This document shows positions 21,501 through 32,200 of a stretch of 64,000 nucleotides of DNA, piece after piece; within the stretch, counting starts at the first letter, position 1, and the number at the start of each line of letters is the position of its first letter. Source of the DNA: a virus. Position numbers and translations under genes: made by a program. Where the stretch lies: positions 1 to 64,000 of IMG/VR virus record IMGVR_UViG_3300022668_000040. One strand, written 5' to 3'. The notes beneath the pieces were generated by a model. That model was not told the origin of the DNA, searched no databases, and saw only the letters and a program-made list of their open reading frames with translations.

Positions 21501-23614
21501 AGCAGGCTGTACCCGCATTCAAAGAAGGAGGATCTGTTGATTTTTCTTTAACATCATCAGGAATTGCTCAACAGTTTGCAAAGGGAGGATCTGTATTATC
21601 TGGTACTATTTCTGCATTAAAAAAACGCCTATATGACCTTTTTAGCATTCAGGACGGGACACAACGGGAGGTTAGCGTAGGATCTGTTAACTTTGCAAAT
21701 ACAGTGGCAAATAGTGCGCAAAATATTTCAACAGAATTAGGACAAGAGTCCATTTCCAAATTAACTGAAGCGTTTTCTTCCACTGTTCAGGCCTATGCCT
21801 CTGGAGGAGCAGTATTAAATAGTGGACAATTGGAAGAAGCTATTGGGAGTATAAGTGGAACTTATGATAGTTTAATAAAATCAGCTTCAAATGCAGGAAG
21901 TCCTGAAAGAGCAAAATTGCTAAGGGAAGAACAGCAGGCCATAACGGAAATTGCTGATGCTTTAAGAAAAAAATTGGCCGAACTGAAAGAAGAATATGAT
22001 GCCTCAGTTAATGAAGCGAAAAAATCTCATGAAGATACAGTATCTGATGCAAAAGAATCTTACACGGAATCAGTAGAAAATAGGCAAGAACAAAATGAGG
22101 ATTCTACTGAAGCAATTAATTCGGAATATGAATCAGGAAAAAACTCTGAAAATGAGGCTTATGCAAATCAGGTAACGGAAGATTCAGAAGAATATGAAGA
22201 TTCTGAATCAGAATATTTGGCTAACATAGCTACATTAAAGGGGGAATACGAAGAGTCTGTAAATAGTATCAATCAAGAATATCCTGGAAAAGAAAAGGAA
22301 CTTCAAGCAAATTTGTTTGCGGCCAGGACATCCGCCAGGGAGGCTGCCAAGGAAGTTAATGAGTTTGGAAAAGAGTATGGGGTAAAAACCACAGGAAACG
22401 CCACATACAACACTCAAAAGCAAGAGTGGACTGATCCTTCCGAAAGTAGAACATATTTTCCAGAAGGATGGGAAATTCCAGATTACAAACAGCTTATGTC
22501 TTCCATTGAATTCTATTGGATAAACTCACCAATTCCAGAAGATAGAAAGGCAGAAAAATTGGCTAACTCCCAAGAGTTAGCATCCCAAAAATGGGAGAAA
22601 TGGCTTGTAGCTGCTAATAGTCTGGAAGATCTTGGTGTATCCAATATCGGACCAGTAATGAGTGGCAAGCAGGATTTGGAAAAGTTTGCCAAAAGTATTA
22701 TTACTAAAGAAAGAAAAAAGGCATTAGCAGATGAAAAAAGCACTTATCAACAAAAGCAAAATGCATACTCATCTGATTGGGCAGAATATAAAGGTGAGTT
22801 TAAGAAATCAACTGTATCCAGAGATAAGGAACATGATCAAGTATTGTTTAATGTTGAGGATACAAGAAATACATCTTTGGGAGATGAAAAAGAATCTTTT
22901 CAAAATGATTTAGCATCTTATCTGGAATCTTTTACAGAAGCTAAAAAGGCAGCTGATGAAACATTGAATGATACTCTTTTATCATTGTTACAGGCGTACA
23001 ATGATAGTGTAAGTTCTGAAAAACAGTCAGCTGATGAAGCAATCAGTACTAAAAAAAGCGAAACACAAGCAGCCTTGGAGGAGCTAAAAAATTCTTTGGC
23101 TTCAGGAAAAACGGTTGGAGAAGCTTTAGATAATACGGCGGAATTAGATTCAGAAATAAATCAGCGGACTTCTATAGAGGAGCTACTTAGACGGTTAAAA
23201 AATGGTATTTTTGGATTTAATGTTGGGGGTAGTGTCCCCCATACACCATATTCAGTTCCTGGAAAAGATTCTTTATTGGCAGCATTAACTCCTGGGGAAT
23301 ACGTAATTCAAGAACCTATAGTGCGTAAGTTTGGTAAAGGATTTTTTGAAGCTATAAATAACTTCAAAATACCAAAGTTCAATCTAGGAGGATCTGTTGG
23401 AAGTGGATTAATGTCCGCCCTTAGTAATTTTAGTATACCGGAGTTTAATCTCGGAGGAGTTGTTGGTACTTTGTCACAAGACCAAGCATCTGTGAAACAC
23501 ACATATGCTCTGGATCTCACAATAAATGGAAAACAACAAGAATCTGTATTGGGAACAGCTTCTGGCATAGAATCCATCATAGAAGAATTACAATTTGCCA
23601 AAAGGGGTGCGTAA
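15527..23614 (+). CDS. tape measure protein (TP901 core), 2695 aa
   Basis: TTKFSAQEVADGMKTLGQAG / GLRASTIGTGLR core, long coiled coils, FAxGG and PAML..GE motifs. Confidence 0.92.
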   Translation: MAERSVNIKLNVTGTSPAQLKALAEGFSSISEAVNVVSDTIFQLKRKFGSLKAPKAISQVANDLKKLSKINSGNLSKITDDLSSLQKVKVDPSSIQNLINSLTSLKGIKIPSLKNFVSSLEAISKIDISKTSTNIVSLSTSLDSLSNRKFPSVTTLVSGLKKLISLDLAGVINKIKDLDSAIRLLDKAGYLKSFASFANNLNKIASSLEKTKKSLDGYKVSVAQAAKSTKSFGDRIQAYFEYRVVADAIMAIKSAVYGTIDAVKLYDQSLKDLQAITGATALEVTQMGEKIKEVAGTTKFSAQEVADGMKTLGQAGFSAAEAVETMQAVSDLATGTLSTMGSTVDLVTTAMRVFNFQASESGKVADVFANAVNKSKLTIDKLRTSFNYVGPIAKDAGISFEEVSASMMTLANTGLRASTIGTGLRNVFSLLVKPSEKLRNAVKDAGLSMGDIDPQTRSLKEVIQNLGLVVNSTGTAFDIFGKRGAGAVLALSKSGGQYESLLQTVRDSGTAARMASTQMEGLGVSFKNLKDKFGLLAISIGNLGIADAMRIIVDVGRKVIDVITALTDTALVQFIGKMTLTIVAVNGLVTAFTAIKSLNLLATISGFISGIQSATTALIASEASVSSLALTLGPIVAVLGLIAAGAIYAFSSLGHAKEASEEAAKLADRYRSLSNYIQDYKVKAANMKEGSDELLSSNKELRIKLLEVASGISDVSNEAERAAASIDPLTGEILDGGEALKKYNAELKKLTLQKLIESTNEAGKNITAVSGRMNQFLNWFKDAAAQASTAISGLGAKAGAVMDGEFEKGNKLLEKSQKDIEKYTANIIKAMNFSKALRKGEVDFKAFGEFVNSLDMSNLTSQQKDLVESFNILNDSANKLSEELKEQGKIDLNDTIENIEKIAKSYGIVGNELQATVAKLAVMKKLHEESSKSIIEKWGNDAKDTTESTEELITSFEKAGGKISVEQKEQMKLSEDAKKKLIDELNTAKKVRNAKINAKMDEREAYKEFFAVVRKLEKEAEEVKKGDASNTAAQTIKELQIAEKAYTDHVNELEAKYKGKAELLEKYLSEAERDFQEKQKSLLQQSTDPAVLLANTKVQIKIIEEEYSKFYKEIELASLKEHANKKALNEKRRDLELELSEKIKSIWESVEDSIEEKNSATARTVLKNRLDAEIKNSKLVAKIAQQSAKETTDAQIAVYEEANNKRAVEQESTLSKIATAETNGVLTHEEAEAAKLQVSLKYYEQAYIAAKDYLAQVNKGQNPDEYEKRQENLLSAEKAYYAKRKSFAEKFNSEMASIAKSLEKKDAARKSSVESNLEKIHRLENKFAEDNSKIHSDYVDKREKKDRKYAETVEKIELGLSDKIEDINEKLVSDLDKLNKKRTENAANLQAALLGIENDTEDKIRKINQRGMSESEKDLDNEKAAREKLAKAKELQQEAEASGNQELAKQAEDMIGQVQDLAENLKDAKDAKELLYDSKDALKDNAAIQNTIDNLALEKKEIEAIAEVEKKRLEAKNDAEKALTAADKAHERDLADIEEWQTKKLAATELAFNKAISLEDARHQKAMTNLDKEIAKLNERMGSVKELSSVTESSSIQSNAKEDQKRTSSSNVEENLKSVTTVADTALEKLGIVDEKAKQVANDSTSKFTSSMQEMTQNAVDELEQFIVITTATGEKVITTANTMSTGFSAFGDVVKTEPLAAIEKLKENTISINGKEISIPVNSSEILEASDTVEKIKNSSSSEMDITVNTNDALENIDEVQKEATTEISIPVQVDTEGVDTSIEKINSAITDMENPSITVVVDREELDSLISSVQLLSELETVVVTSSVVGADNVQELLTWILTLNGETPKNVKVITDVSGLDDTVKLNQLIDSLINKTVKVITEVLGLSDVLKLKASIDSLKDKTVTVTTIKKTVEKKAGGGEVGFFAEGGSVFRRLTKRFISAGSGLRDDVPAMLMKGEFVHTVDAVRKYGRNFMEMVNNGSFPVSLAKQAVPAFKEGGSVDFSLTSSGIAQQFAKGGSVLSGTISALKKRLYDLFSIQDGTQREVSVGSVNFANTVANSAQNISTELGQESISKLTEAFSSTVQAYASGGAVLNSGQLEEAIGSISGTYDSLIKSASNAGSPERAKLLREEQQAITEIADALRKKLAELKEEYDASVNEAKKSHEDTVSDAKESYTESVENRQEQNEDSTEAINSEYESGKNSENEAYANQVTEDSEEYEDSESEYLANIATLKGEYEESVNSINQEYPGKEKELQANLFAARTSAREAAKEVNEFGKEYGVKTTGNATYNTQKQEWTDPSESRTYFPEGWEIPDYKQLMSSIEFYWINSPIPEDRKAEKLANSQELASQKWEKWLVAANSLEDLGVSNIGPVMSGKQDLEKFAKSIITKERKKALADEKSTYQQKQNAYSSDWAEYKGEFKKSTVSRDKEHDQVLFNVEDTRNTSLGDEKESFQNDLASYLESFTEAKKAADETLNDTLLSLLQAYNDSVSSEKQSADEAISTKKSETQAALEELKNSLASGKTVGEALDNTAELDSEINQRTSIEELLRRLKNGIFGFNVGGSVPHTPYSVPGKDSLLAALTPGEYVIQEPIVRKFGKGFFEAINNFKIPKFNLGGSVGSGLMSALSNFSIPEFNLGGVVGTLSQDQASVKHTYALDLTINGKQQESVLGTASGIESIIEELQFAKRGA

Positions 23615-24297
23615 TGAGCACATATATCTACGATGATTATGTGTGGAGATTGAAAGCAGAACCGCTTTCTTTGGACATACAGTTGCCTAAAGATTTAGAA
23701 TGGGTAGATGAATTAAGTTGGTCACCTATTTCACAAAATATCTCTTTTTCTCTTTCTGGAGCACTTGTAGTAGAGGAAAGTGAACAGTTAAAAGGCCGTC
23801 CAATAACTCTACAAGGAAAAGATCAAACAGGATGGATATCAAGAGAGGTGGTCGATAATTTAATTAAAATGAAGGATTATCCAGGCCTTGCAATGCAGCT
23901 GAGCTTTGCTCACTATAATATTGACACAGAACAATATGGTGCTGTAAAATTAAATTATGATGTAATGTTTCGTCATTATGATCCTCCCGTACTAGATTTA
24001 TCCAACATTCTTGGGTTTGGAAATTTTGAAGCAGGTGCTTTATTTTCAGTGAGAAATTTAAAATTTATGGAAGCTACTCCCGGCGCATCATCTCCCTGTT
24101 CTGCAAATGTCACTTTGAATATTACTATTTTATCAGGCACTATTTCAGTTGGAGAAAGTATTACAGGAGCCCAGTCAGAGGCATTTGGGACAGTTGTTAA
24201 GTATACGGACCCTCTACTGTATGTGTATACTACAGATGGTTCTTTTATTTCTGGGGAAACTATAATAGGACCAAATGGAACAGCAATAATAAACTGA
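23614..24297 (+). CDS. distal tail / tail-tip protein
   Basis: LPKDLEWVDE.SWSP...GRPITL motif; follows the TMP. Confidence 0.65.
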   Translation: MSTYIYDDYVWRLKAEPLSLDIQLPKDLEWVDELSWSPISQNISFSLSGALVVEESEQLKGRPITLQGKDQTGWISREVVDNLIKMKDYPGLAMQLSFAHYNIDTEQYGAVKLNYDVMFRHYDPPVLDLSNILGFGNFEAGALFSVRNLKFMEATPGASSPCSANVTLNITILSGTISVGESITGAQSEAFGTVVKYTDPLLYVYTTDGSFISGETIIGPNGTAIIN

Positions 24298-24304
24298 GAA
24301 AGTT

Positions 24305-27300
24305 ATGGCAGATATAAACAAAGAAAATATAAAACTACTTCAATCACAGAGGCTTGATGACACTGATCAGGGTGGTGGTCAGATGATAAAGTATGAGGTA
24401 GTTGATGGTGAAGTCAATAATTTATTTCCAGATATCTCAAGAATAGGAAGAGTGTATGGAAATGTCTCTATGCGCAAAGTGTTTCTAGCTGTGCAAACAT
24501 ATGCTAGGGAAACTTATTATGGATCACATACAATACTAACTCAGCAAGCTGGTGACCCTAATGTATCTGTTTGTTTTTTTTCCACAGAAGATTGGTTTGA
24601 CACAAGACAAGATGCACAAAACAGAATAGAATCTTATTTGGTAAAAGGACCGAATGCGAATATTAAATTTTGGGGAAACCATTATAAGGGATCTTCTCTA
24701 TTAAAGTGTGTAACACAAGTTGGTTGGCCTGTTCCAGAAATAGGGGATGTGTTGGTATTACGTGCTTCTGGTGCAGATAATGCTGAACAATATGTGCGCA
24801 TTATTGATGTATCCACATCAGCAGAAGAATTTTTTACTAGCAGCTCTTCCACTGCGTATTATAAGTCAGTATGTGATATAACAATAGGCTCTCAACTTGA
24901 ATATGATTTTGTTGGTAGTGAAGTTTATTATGGATGGGACCAAATTTCAGGAGATGCTATTTTTTCCACTGTGGTTGCGGATGCTTCAAGGTACCACAGT
25001 GTATCCCCAGTATTGGAAAATATAACTGCTGGAGAATTGCAATTAAGAGTGGAATCTATATTCACAAGTTTGGTTCCATCTGCCGCATCAGAAACAGCAA
25101 TTGTGGATGCCGCTATTGGGTCAATAACTTCCCCGATGGTACAAACAAAAGATGCCGACCCTTCAGTTTCACGAAGTTTATCGTTCAACATTTCCTCTAA
25201 TGCCAAATTGTACATAGGGGAGGGGGTAAAACCAGGAACATTCACCTGGACAGGTGGGGCGGATTTATTTGATGATGAAACCGGTAACATATATAATGGT
25301 TCCACAATTGTTGGATCTATAGATTATCCCACAGGTGTGATTACTTTTGGATCTACAGGAATATCGGCAACTGGTACTGGCACTGCTACGTATGTTCCTG
25401 CATGTGCTCCACAGCAGGTCTCTCACTCTGGAGGCATCCAAGTTGCTATAAATAATCGTGGATTCGCATATACATTTAATTGTAACCCATTGCCCATGAA
25501 AGGCACATTACATATTAAATATTTAGCTGGAGGAAAATGGTATTCTATTTGGGATGATGGTACAGGAAAATTGACTAATTCATTAGATCCTTCTATAGGA
25601 TCAGGGGTAGTGAATGTCAACACCGGATCTGTATCTATAACTTTAGGAGCTATGCCTGATGTTGATTCTCAAATTATTTTTTATTGGGCTAAACCAGCAG
25701 AATATTATGATTTTTCAGGAGAAACTTTACCATTACGATATAAATTTACAACCAATACGGATGGGGTAGCCAGAAATACTTTTGCTTTGATTTGGACTGG
25801 GGATGGATTAGGTCCAGGGCCAGCAGGAGAATATGCCATAGTAGATGATGGTAATAGTAATCTGTGTGTAGGAGAATATGATTCAGGATCAGATAATTGG
25901 GCACCAAACCCAACTACTCCTGTATATGTTGGCAAAATACGTTATGCTACAGGAGAGGTGGATACAGGAGTCGATAGCTCTCAGAAAACCCCTGTAGCAA
26001 ATGAGATATTTACAGTGCAGTATAATTACGGTGAACCTATTACTGAATCTTTCCCTGCCCCTCCTCAATCTGGAAATAGTATTACTCTAAATCTTACAAA
26101 TACCCCCATTGTTCCAGGGACATTTAAGATAGAGTGGCACACACTTTTAGAGACGTATGATTTGGAAACAAGGATGAAATCTCCTCTTGATCCAACATAT
26201 ATATTCCAAGATGATGGCGTGGGATTATTTGAGGGGGATACAAACGATGGTACTTCTGGATGGTTTCAAGGGAATTTAGATTATAATACAGGGGAAGTAA
26301 ATTTTGCTCCGCATAGGACAGATACTTTTCCTGATCCGGTATATAAGTGGGTAGAGACTGCTTGGCACCTTCCTGGAGTAGCAGAATCGTATGTGTTTGA
26401 TCATATAGAATACAGAAGTGGAGCATCTCTATTCCCTGTGGATGGCACAGTAGTTTGTCAATATTGTTCAACCGATGGGACTAATTTTGATCAATATTCA
26501 GGTACACTTACGCCTGTATTTTTCATAAAGGAGAACAGTGCTCTTGAACTTGTAATTGGAGGGTTAACTGTAAATGCTTCCGGCACACATCTTGTGGATG
26601 GTAGGGATGGCAAATTATATTTTCATGAGGATGGTATAAGCGGTGATAAAATACATGTCGGAAATATCAATTATACCAATAAATCGTTCACTATAACATC
26701 AGATTCAATTTTATTGGATTCAATGGAGATAACCAGTGCTGTAGGAACTGCCGCAATTGATCCAGTTATGTCTATGGTATTTAATGCTCCAGGATCTCCT
26801 CTTAGGCCCGGATCGGTGTTTGTAAAAGCTGTAACAGGGGCAGGCACAGTATTAGAAGGCACTTCTGATTTTAGTGGTAATATCACAGGCACGGGTGTAT
26901 TTGGGCATGTTGATTTCAACACAGGGTTGTGCCATGTTGGATTTGGAATTTGGGTAGTAGATGATGCGGCTGCTCAAGCAGAAGATTGGTATAGTGCCAC
27001 AGCTACAGATGGTGCTGGCAATGTTTGGAAACCATATTCAGTGAAAGCATCTTCTGTAACTATGAATTGTGTAGTTACTTCCTATCTACCCCTTGATCCA
27101 GAACTTCTTGGATTAGATCCAGTTAGGCTCCCAATAGATGGAAAAGTACCAATTTTTAGAGACGGGGAACTTATTGTAATTATTGAATCTGACACAGAAC
27201 CTTGTCCATATCCTCTTGGAACAGATCAGTCATCTGTTTTGGATTGGGAAGGAAATCCATGTGCCACCTGTAATAGCGAGGGAAATCTTCCGCTATTATG

Positions 27301-28237
27301 TGATACCAAAATAGAACTCGAATCTGTTCAGGGTAGGGATTTGATAGAAGTGTATGCGTTGCCTACAGATTATGATGTATCTGAAGGGGATTTATTGAGT
27401 CCAAAATTAATCCCTGATGGGGGTGAGTACACAGTAGATTTGGGAAAAACACCAGAAGGTGAAGAGTACAATGCAGCAAGGAGAGCATCAGTTACCTTTT
27501 TGGCTGGCTTTCCTAATGGAACGGGTACTGGGAGCGCTTCTGATTCATTATATGATGGAGAAGGTACTGAACGGCAATTGATAATTATGCACAGAATTGA
27601 AGATTTGTGCTTAGCTTCAGATGTACAAGTAACTGGACATATCTCAGTAACAAATGAGATTACCCATGATTATATTGCAGGAAAAGCGCAAGTTTGTTCA
27701 GTACTACCATCAGGAAATTTGCAATCAAGAGCTTATAATGAGTTTGAAATGGAGACTTGGCCTGGAGAATGGTATGATGCCCTTCCTGATGGGTTATCCC
27801 CTCCATTGGCTAGTTATAATTTCATAGATTACCCTATTACTGTTATTAATCGACCATCCATAAAAGAGCGTTGGTTAATTTTATGGCAGACACCAACGAC
27901 AGTACAAATAATTGGCGAAAACTTTGGTGTGTTAGCCACCAATGTAAACATAGATCCTGATTCAGCAGCCACTGTAAATGGCAATATAGAATATCCTACG
28001 GGATCAGGGAGATGGTTTGTGGGAGTACGCAATAGAAATTTTGCTGGTGATGATTTCCCATTTTATTGGTTAATGGATCTTGATGGATTTGGATTAGGGT
28101 GGCAGTCAGGTAATTGCATACGATTTAATCAAGATCCGGCTAATTTTCCGTTATGGTGTGTACGAACTACTTTGCAAGCACCAGCTACAAAAACAACAGA
28201 TTACTATACTCTGCAAATTCGTGGGGATAGTTCATAA
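24305..28237 (+). CDS. large tail-tip virion protein (1310 aa)
   Basis: IKLLQSQRL.D...GGG, NNLFPDIS, repeated G.I/VDY.TG, LGLDPVRLP.DG.VPIFR, C-terminal QIRGD. Confidence 0.75.
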   Translation: MADINKENIKLLQSQRLDDTDQGGGQMIKYEVVDGEVNNLFPDISRIGRVYGNVSMRKVFLAVQTYARETYYGSHTILTQQAGDPNVSVCFFSTEDWFDTRQDAQNRIESYLVKGPNANIKFWGNHYKGSSLLKCVTQVGWPVPEIGDVLVLRASGADNAEQYVRIIDVSTSAEEFFTSSSSTAYYKSVCDITIGSQLEYDFVGSEVYYGWDQISGDAIFSTVVADASRYHSVSPVLENITAGELQLRVESIFTSLVPSAASETAIVDAAIGSITSPMVQTKDADPSVSRSLSFNISSNAKLYIGEGVKPGTFTWTGGADLFDDETGNIYNGSTIVGSIDYPTGVITFGSTGISATGTGTATYVPACAPQQVSHSGGIQVAINNRGFAYTFNCNPLPMKGTLHIKYLAGGKWYSIWDDGTGKLTNSLDPSIGSGVVNVNTGSVSITLGAMPDVDSQIIFYWAKPAEYYDFSGETLPLRYKFTTNTDGVARNTFALIWTGDGLGPGPAGEYAIVDDGNSNLCVGEYDSGSDNWAPNPTTPVYVGKIRYATGEVDTGVDSSQKTPVANEIFTVQYNYGEPITESFPAPPQSGNSITLNLTNTPIVPGTFKIEWHTLLETYDLETRMKSPLDPTYIFQDDGVGLFEGDTNDGTSGWFQGNLDYNTGEVNFAPHRTDTFPDPVYKWVETAWHLPGVAESYVFDHIEYRSGASLFPVDGTVVCQYCSTDGTNFDQYSGTLTPVFFIKENSALELVIGGLTVNASGTHLVDGRDGKLYFHEDGISGDKIHVGNINYTNKSFTITSDSILLDSMEITSAVGTAAIDPVMSMVFNAPGSPLRPGSVFVKAVTGAGTVLEGTSDFSGNITGTGVFGHVDFNTGLCHVGFGIWVVDDAAAQAEDWYSATATDGAGNVWKPYSVKASSVTMNCVVTSYLPLDPELLGLDPVRLPIDGKVPIFRDGELIVIIESDTEPCPYPLGTDQSSVLDWEGNPCATCNSEGNLPLLCDTKIELESVQGRDLIEVYALPTDYDVSEGDLLSPKLIPDGGEYTVDLGKTPEGEEYNAARRASVTFLAGFPNGTGTGSASDSLYDGEGTERQLIIMHRIEDLCLASDVQVTGHISVTNEITHDYIAGKAQVCSVLPSGNLQSRAYNEFEMETWPGEWYDALPDGLSPPLASYNFIDYPITVINRPSIKERWLILWQTPTTVQIIGENFGVLATNVNIDPDSAATVNGNIEYPTGSGRWFVGVRNRNFAGDDFPFYWLMDLDGFGLGWQSGNCIRFNQDPANFPLWCVRTTLQAPATKTTDYYTLQIRGDSS

Positions 28238-28246
28238 GAGGATTTT

Positions 28247-29224
28247 ATGGCATCAGTATTTAGATCATTTCAAGACACGGGAGCCCCTATTTTAGCAGGA
28301 AATACTTTGGGGTCACTTATCACTTTGTTAAAAGCTGTATTGGTAGATGGTTATGGGTCATTCGATCCTTTAGGATGGGAAGTGGTATTTGATGATACTG
28401 CTTCTCACTCCTGTGTTTTTAGACCTTTAGGTGGGGATCTTCGTCCATTTGTGCTAGTTCAAGATAATATGGGTTCCACCAGTGACCAATACGCAAAGGT
28501 CACTGTATTTGAATCTATGTCCTCTATTTCTGAAGGATTTTTTCAATGTCCGTCGGGTGAATCAGATTTGGATAATTATATAATCAAATCAAAGTATAAT
28601 ACGAGTGTGGGTATTCCTTGGGTAATAATAGGAGATAATCTTGGATTTTGGTTATTAACTAGGCCATACGACCAGACTGGAACAGGAGCTGATCTTAATA
28701 ATGGATCTCTGCATTATCCTCATTATATTGGATATTTTCCGTGTTTTATCTTAGAAAATAAATATAATTTTATTACTATTTTAAACAATAAAAGTGATGT
28801 AATGTTTCGCGCCAATCTTGAAACATATGGATGTTATATGCAAAGAGATCCGTTTACTTCAGAAATAGGGGCTGTCAAGTTCACCCCAACAATTCAATAT
28901 AGTGCGGGTGATAATGCATTTGGAAACAGTTGTCCAAACTCTTCCCCTAGAAGTGGTAAATATATGTATGAACCAGTTGTTGTGGTATATGATAACTGTC
29001 CCACAATAGGGCTGCTTCCAGGGTACTTTAGTATGCTTTGGCAAACTGAAGTTGAGGGTGCTTCTTGGTATACACAGAGTGAAGAAGAAAGAACCCCATT
29101 TTTTGAATATGGGCAAAATTCATCAATGTACATATTTGCCCAAAGAGTACGGGGTTACTCATATAATAGTGTAGTGAGCAGGGGATCTATATTAGTTGGA
29201 GAGGGTTTTCGCAATGCATATTAA
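28247..29224 (+). CDS. virion/tail protein
   Basis: DTGAP.L....GSLI.LLKA.LV.GYG motif of phage tail proteins. Confidence 0.7.
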   Translation: MASVFRSFQDTGAPILAGNTLGSLITLLKAVLVDGYGSFDPLGWEVVFDDTASHSCVFRPLGGDLRPFVLVQDNMGSTSDQYAKVTVFESMSSISEGFFQCPSGESDLDNYIIKSKYNTSVGIPWVIIGDNLGFWLLTRPYDQTGTGADLNNGSLHYPHYIGYFPCFILENKYNFITILNNKSDVMFRANLETYGCYMQRDPFTSEIGAVKFTPTIQYSAGDNAFGNSCPNSSPRSGKYMYEPVVVVYDNCPTIGLLPGYFSMLWQTEVEGASWYTQSEEERTPFFEYGQNSSMYIFAQRVRGYSYNSVVSRGSILVGEGFRNAY

Positions 29225-32200
29225 AAAGAGATATATTTCTAATGTTTTTTTAGCAGTAACGGCTAAACAAAAATTATCAGGTAACGTATCCTCCCCTAGT
29301 AGTGGTCTATCTACAATTTTTATTTTAGATAGAAACACTATGAATTTGATTGCGACCACAATAGCTGATCCACAAACGGGAGATTGGGTTTGTTATGTTC
29401 CTTTTAGAAATGATGAGCAATTAATTGCTATTTGTCGAGATGAATCAGGAGATTTTAACGCAGACATATATGATAGAATTTCTCTTTGTACCAATGATTA
29501 TGTGCATGTAGTGGAATTCAATTCCATTGTTATTCCAGGAGAAGATTTGTTTTTTATGTTGGAATCTCCCAAGCAAACGGGCGCAGTGGCTGGATTTCCA
29601 CATGAAGTGCAACATAGAGATTTGAAATCCACAATAAGTACCATTGGTTGTGGTAATAATTTGAATGAGAGTATATTTAAAAATATTAGTGAAGTACAAC
29701 TTTCTATTGGGGAGGGTGGGGATATTCCAGAAGTAGTTCCAGGATCGTTAATAAATGGGAATTCTGGTATTTGGCCTGAACTAACCACTGATGATAGGGA
29801 AAATAGAGGAGTAAAAACACCAGATATATTTGGAGACAGCTCTTGCAGGTTATGTTTAGATTTTAAGGATGGCCTTCTCATAGATAAAACAGGCACCCAA
29901 ATTGTGGAATATGCAAAGAGTCAATTTAGGGCAGCCCCCGGAAAATACAATAGTGGATTTGGTAACGCAAATTTATCATTTCACAATATTTTTGATTTAG
30001 GAATAAATTTTATCTCGGGGGAAGCAAATGCTCTCTCATTTTGGGTAAATATTAATGAGCTTGAGTACACAGGTGCAGACACATATATTGTACACCATTC
30101 TTCTGATTATGGTTTCAGATTGGGTTTTAGACCAAGCACACGAACAATATATCTATCTGTTGGTTCAGATACTAGCTGGAGTATAAATAATCAATATATT
30201 ACTCTACCCGTGTATCCTTACGTATATTTTGCATACAACAGTTGGGTCCATTTTGTGGTAAGCATCGGGGTTTCTTCTTCCAAAATATATGTTGACGGGC
30301 AGTTGGTAAAAACTTTTACTGGTAATGGGTTCACTGCATCTACTGGAACGTTGATATTCAATTCTGAGCTAACCAATAGAGGAACTAAAAGCACATTCGA
30401 TATCATCAGGGTATTTAATAGAGAAATTACTGATGGTGAGGCAATACAGCTATTTGAAGAAAAGAAAATGTCCACTGTTTCTGTAACAGGGATATATGGC
30501 GTAAATCCAGCTATAACAGATAAATTAATCCTTAATGGACTTTCATCTCCTCCTATATGTAACTTTAGGCTGGATGGCCATTTTGCAGATGTTTCCGATA
30601 GTAATTTCTCAGGATATCTTGATGGTGTATTCTTCAATAACGATTTTATAAATTTTGATGGAACTAATGGAATACATTCCTCAGAATTGTCTACAGATAT
30701 AGGAACAGGTTCTGTGGGGGATGAAGGTGCAATTGATTTACTTTGTAAATTTTCTTTAGAAGATATAACCAATATAGGCACTAGCTGTTTATATAAATCT
30801 GGGGATAATTCTAATGGGATTGCTTTAGGATTTAATGCCGTAGGGGATTTATGTATTTTCGGGTGCCTTTCTGGAACAGTAACTGCTATTTCCATCTCAT
30901 TGTCATATTTAACAGATAATGGGTGGTATTATGTTATTGGCTCTAAAAAAGAACTAATATTATTAAATGAAAAATTAGAAAAAATTGCCAGTTCAAAAGG
31001 GACCATAGAAGTTGGAAACGGGAGTAACCAACAATCCGTAGGTATAGTAGTTGCTGGGAGCCCTCTTACAGCAACGGCGGGAGGCCCTATTCAAGGATTT
31101 ATTGGAAGTATAGAAAAAGTTGGTATATACGAGGAAAATACTCTTTCTGTTGATTTTTTAGATAATTTGCAATTAGCCTGTGAAGTAGGATCTACAGGGC
31201 AGCAGTGCTATGGGGAAGTGTCTAAATGGGATATTTTAGATGATGAAATAATCATATGGGTGAAAGTTCCGACTATCTCCAATGCCGAGGACACAGTTCT
31301 TAGATTTTATTTTTCTGCCGGTGCAGTGCCCAATACTACCTACATGGGACATACTGGAGATGTCCAAGCTCAACAAGTTTGGGATTCAAATTATGTGGCT
31401 GTATATCATTTAGAAAGTGATGGAACAACCATCAAAGACTCTACTGCAAATAGTAATAATTTAACTCTATCCGGGGGTTCTATTGAAGAAGGAATAATCT
31501 TTGATGGAGTATCAGATTATGCTTTTGTAGATTCTTCAACTTTAAAATTAGGGGATGGAGATTTTTCATATGAAGTATTGTTAAAAAGAACATCCCAACA
31601 ATCTTCATTAGGAATTGTTATGACTGGAGGACAAACAGGCAGTTTGCTTTCTCCTATTTTGGGCATCATGCCAAATTCAGAGGTGATTCAATTTGGTACG
31701 GATGTGGGGTATATTTATGGAGGAACACTATCATATGATTCTGAGTATGTAGCTGCTACCTATGATGGGTTAGGTCAATTTTCTGGATTATCTCTGTACG
31801 TTGATGGGGCAAGCATCAGTACAAATACACAAGGAGCATTTTCTGGATTTTCTAATTCAGCAGAATATTTTACTGTTGCGGCTGAATTAGATGATGGTGC
31901 TCTTTCTAAGTTCTTTGAAGGAAATATTCAAGAAGTGCGTGTATCTTCCATCAAAAGAAATGCAGATTGGATAGCACTTACAAATAAATCTATTTCCGAC
32001 AATTTAATAACATTTATTGGAAATTATGTTAAACCATCCCTGTCTGGGTATGAAAATGCTAAATCAATGCATATTCAGATAGATGCGACAAAAATTGGGG
32101 AACAGTTATCTAATTTTCCAATTTTGTTACAAATAAATGCAAATGCAGGTATTAATGGAACAGATCTTTCTGAAATACTAACTGAGTTGCGAACACCAAA

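Noticed and set aside
15700-23601. Several long - strand ORFs inside the tape measure gene, and similar antisense ORFs elsewhere
   Set aside because: Shadow frames of strongly coding genes, with no motifs or ribosome-binding sites
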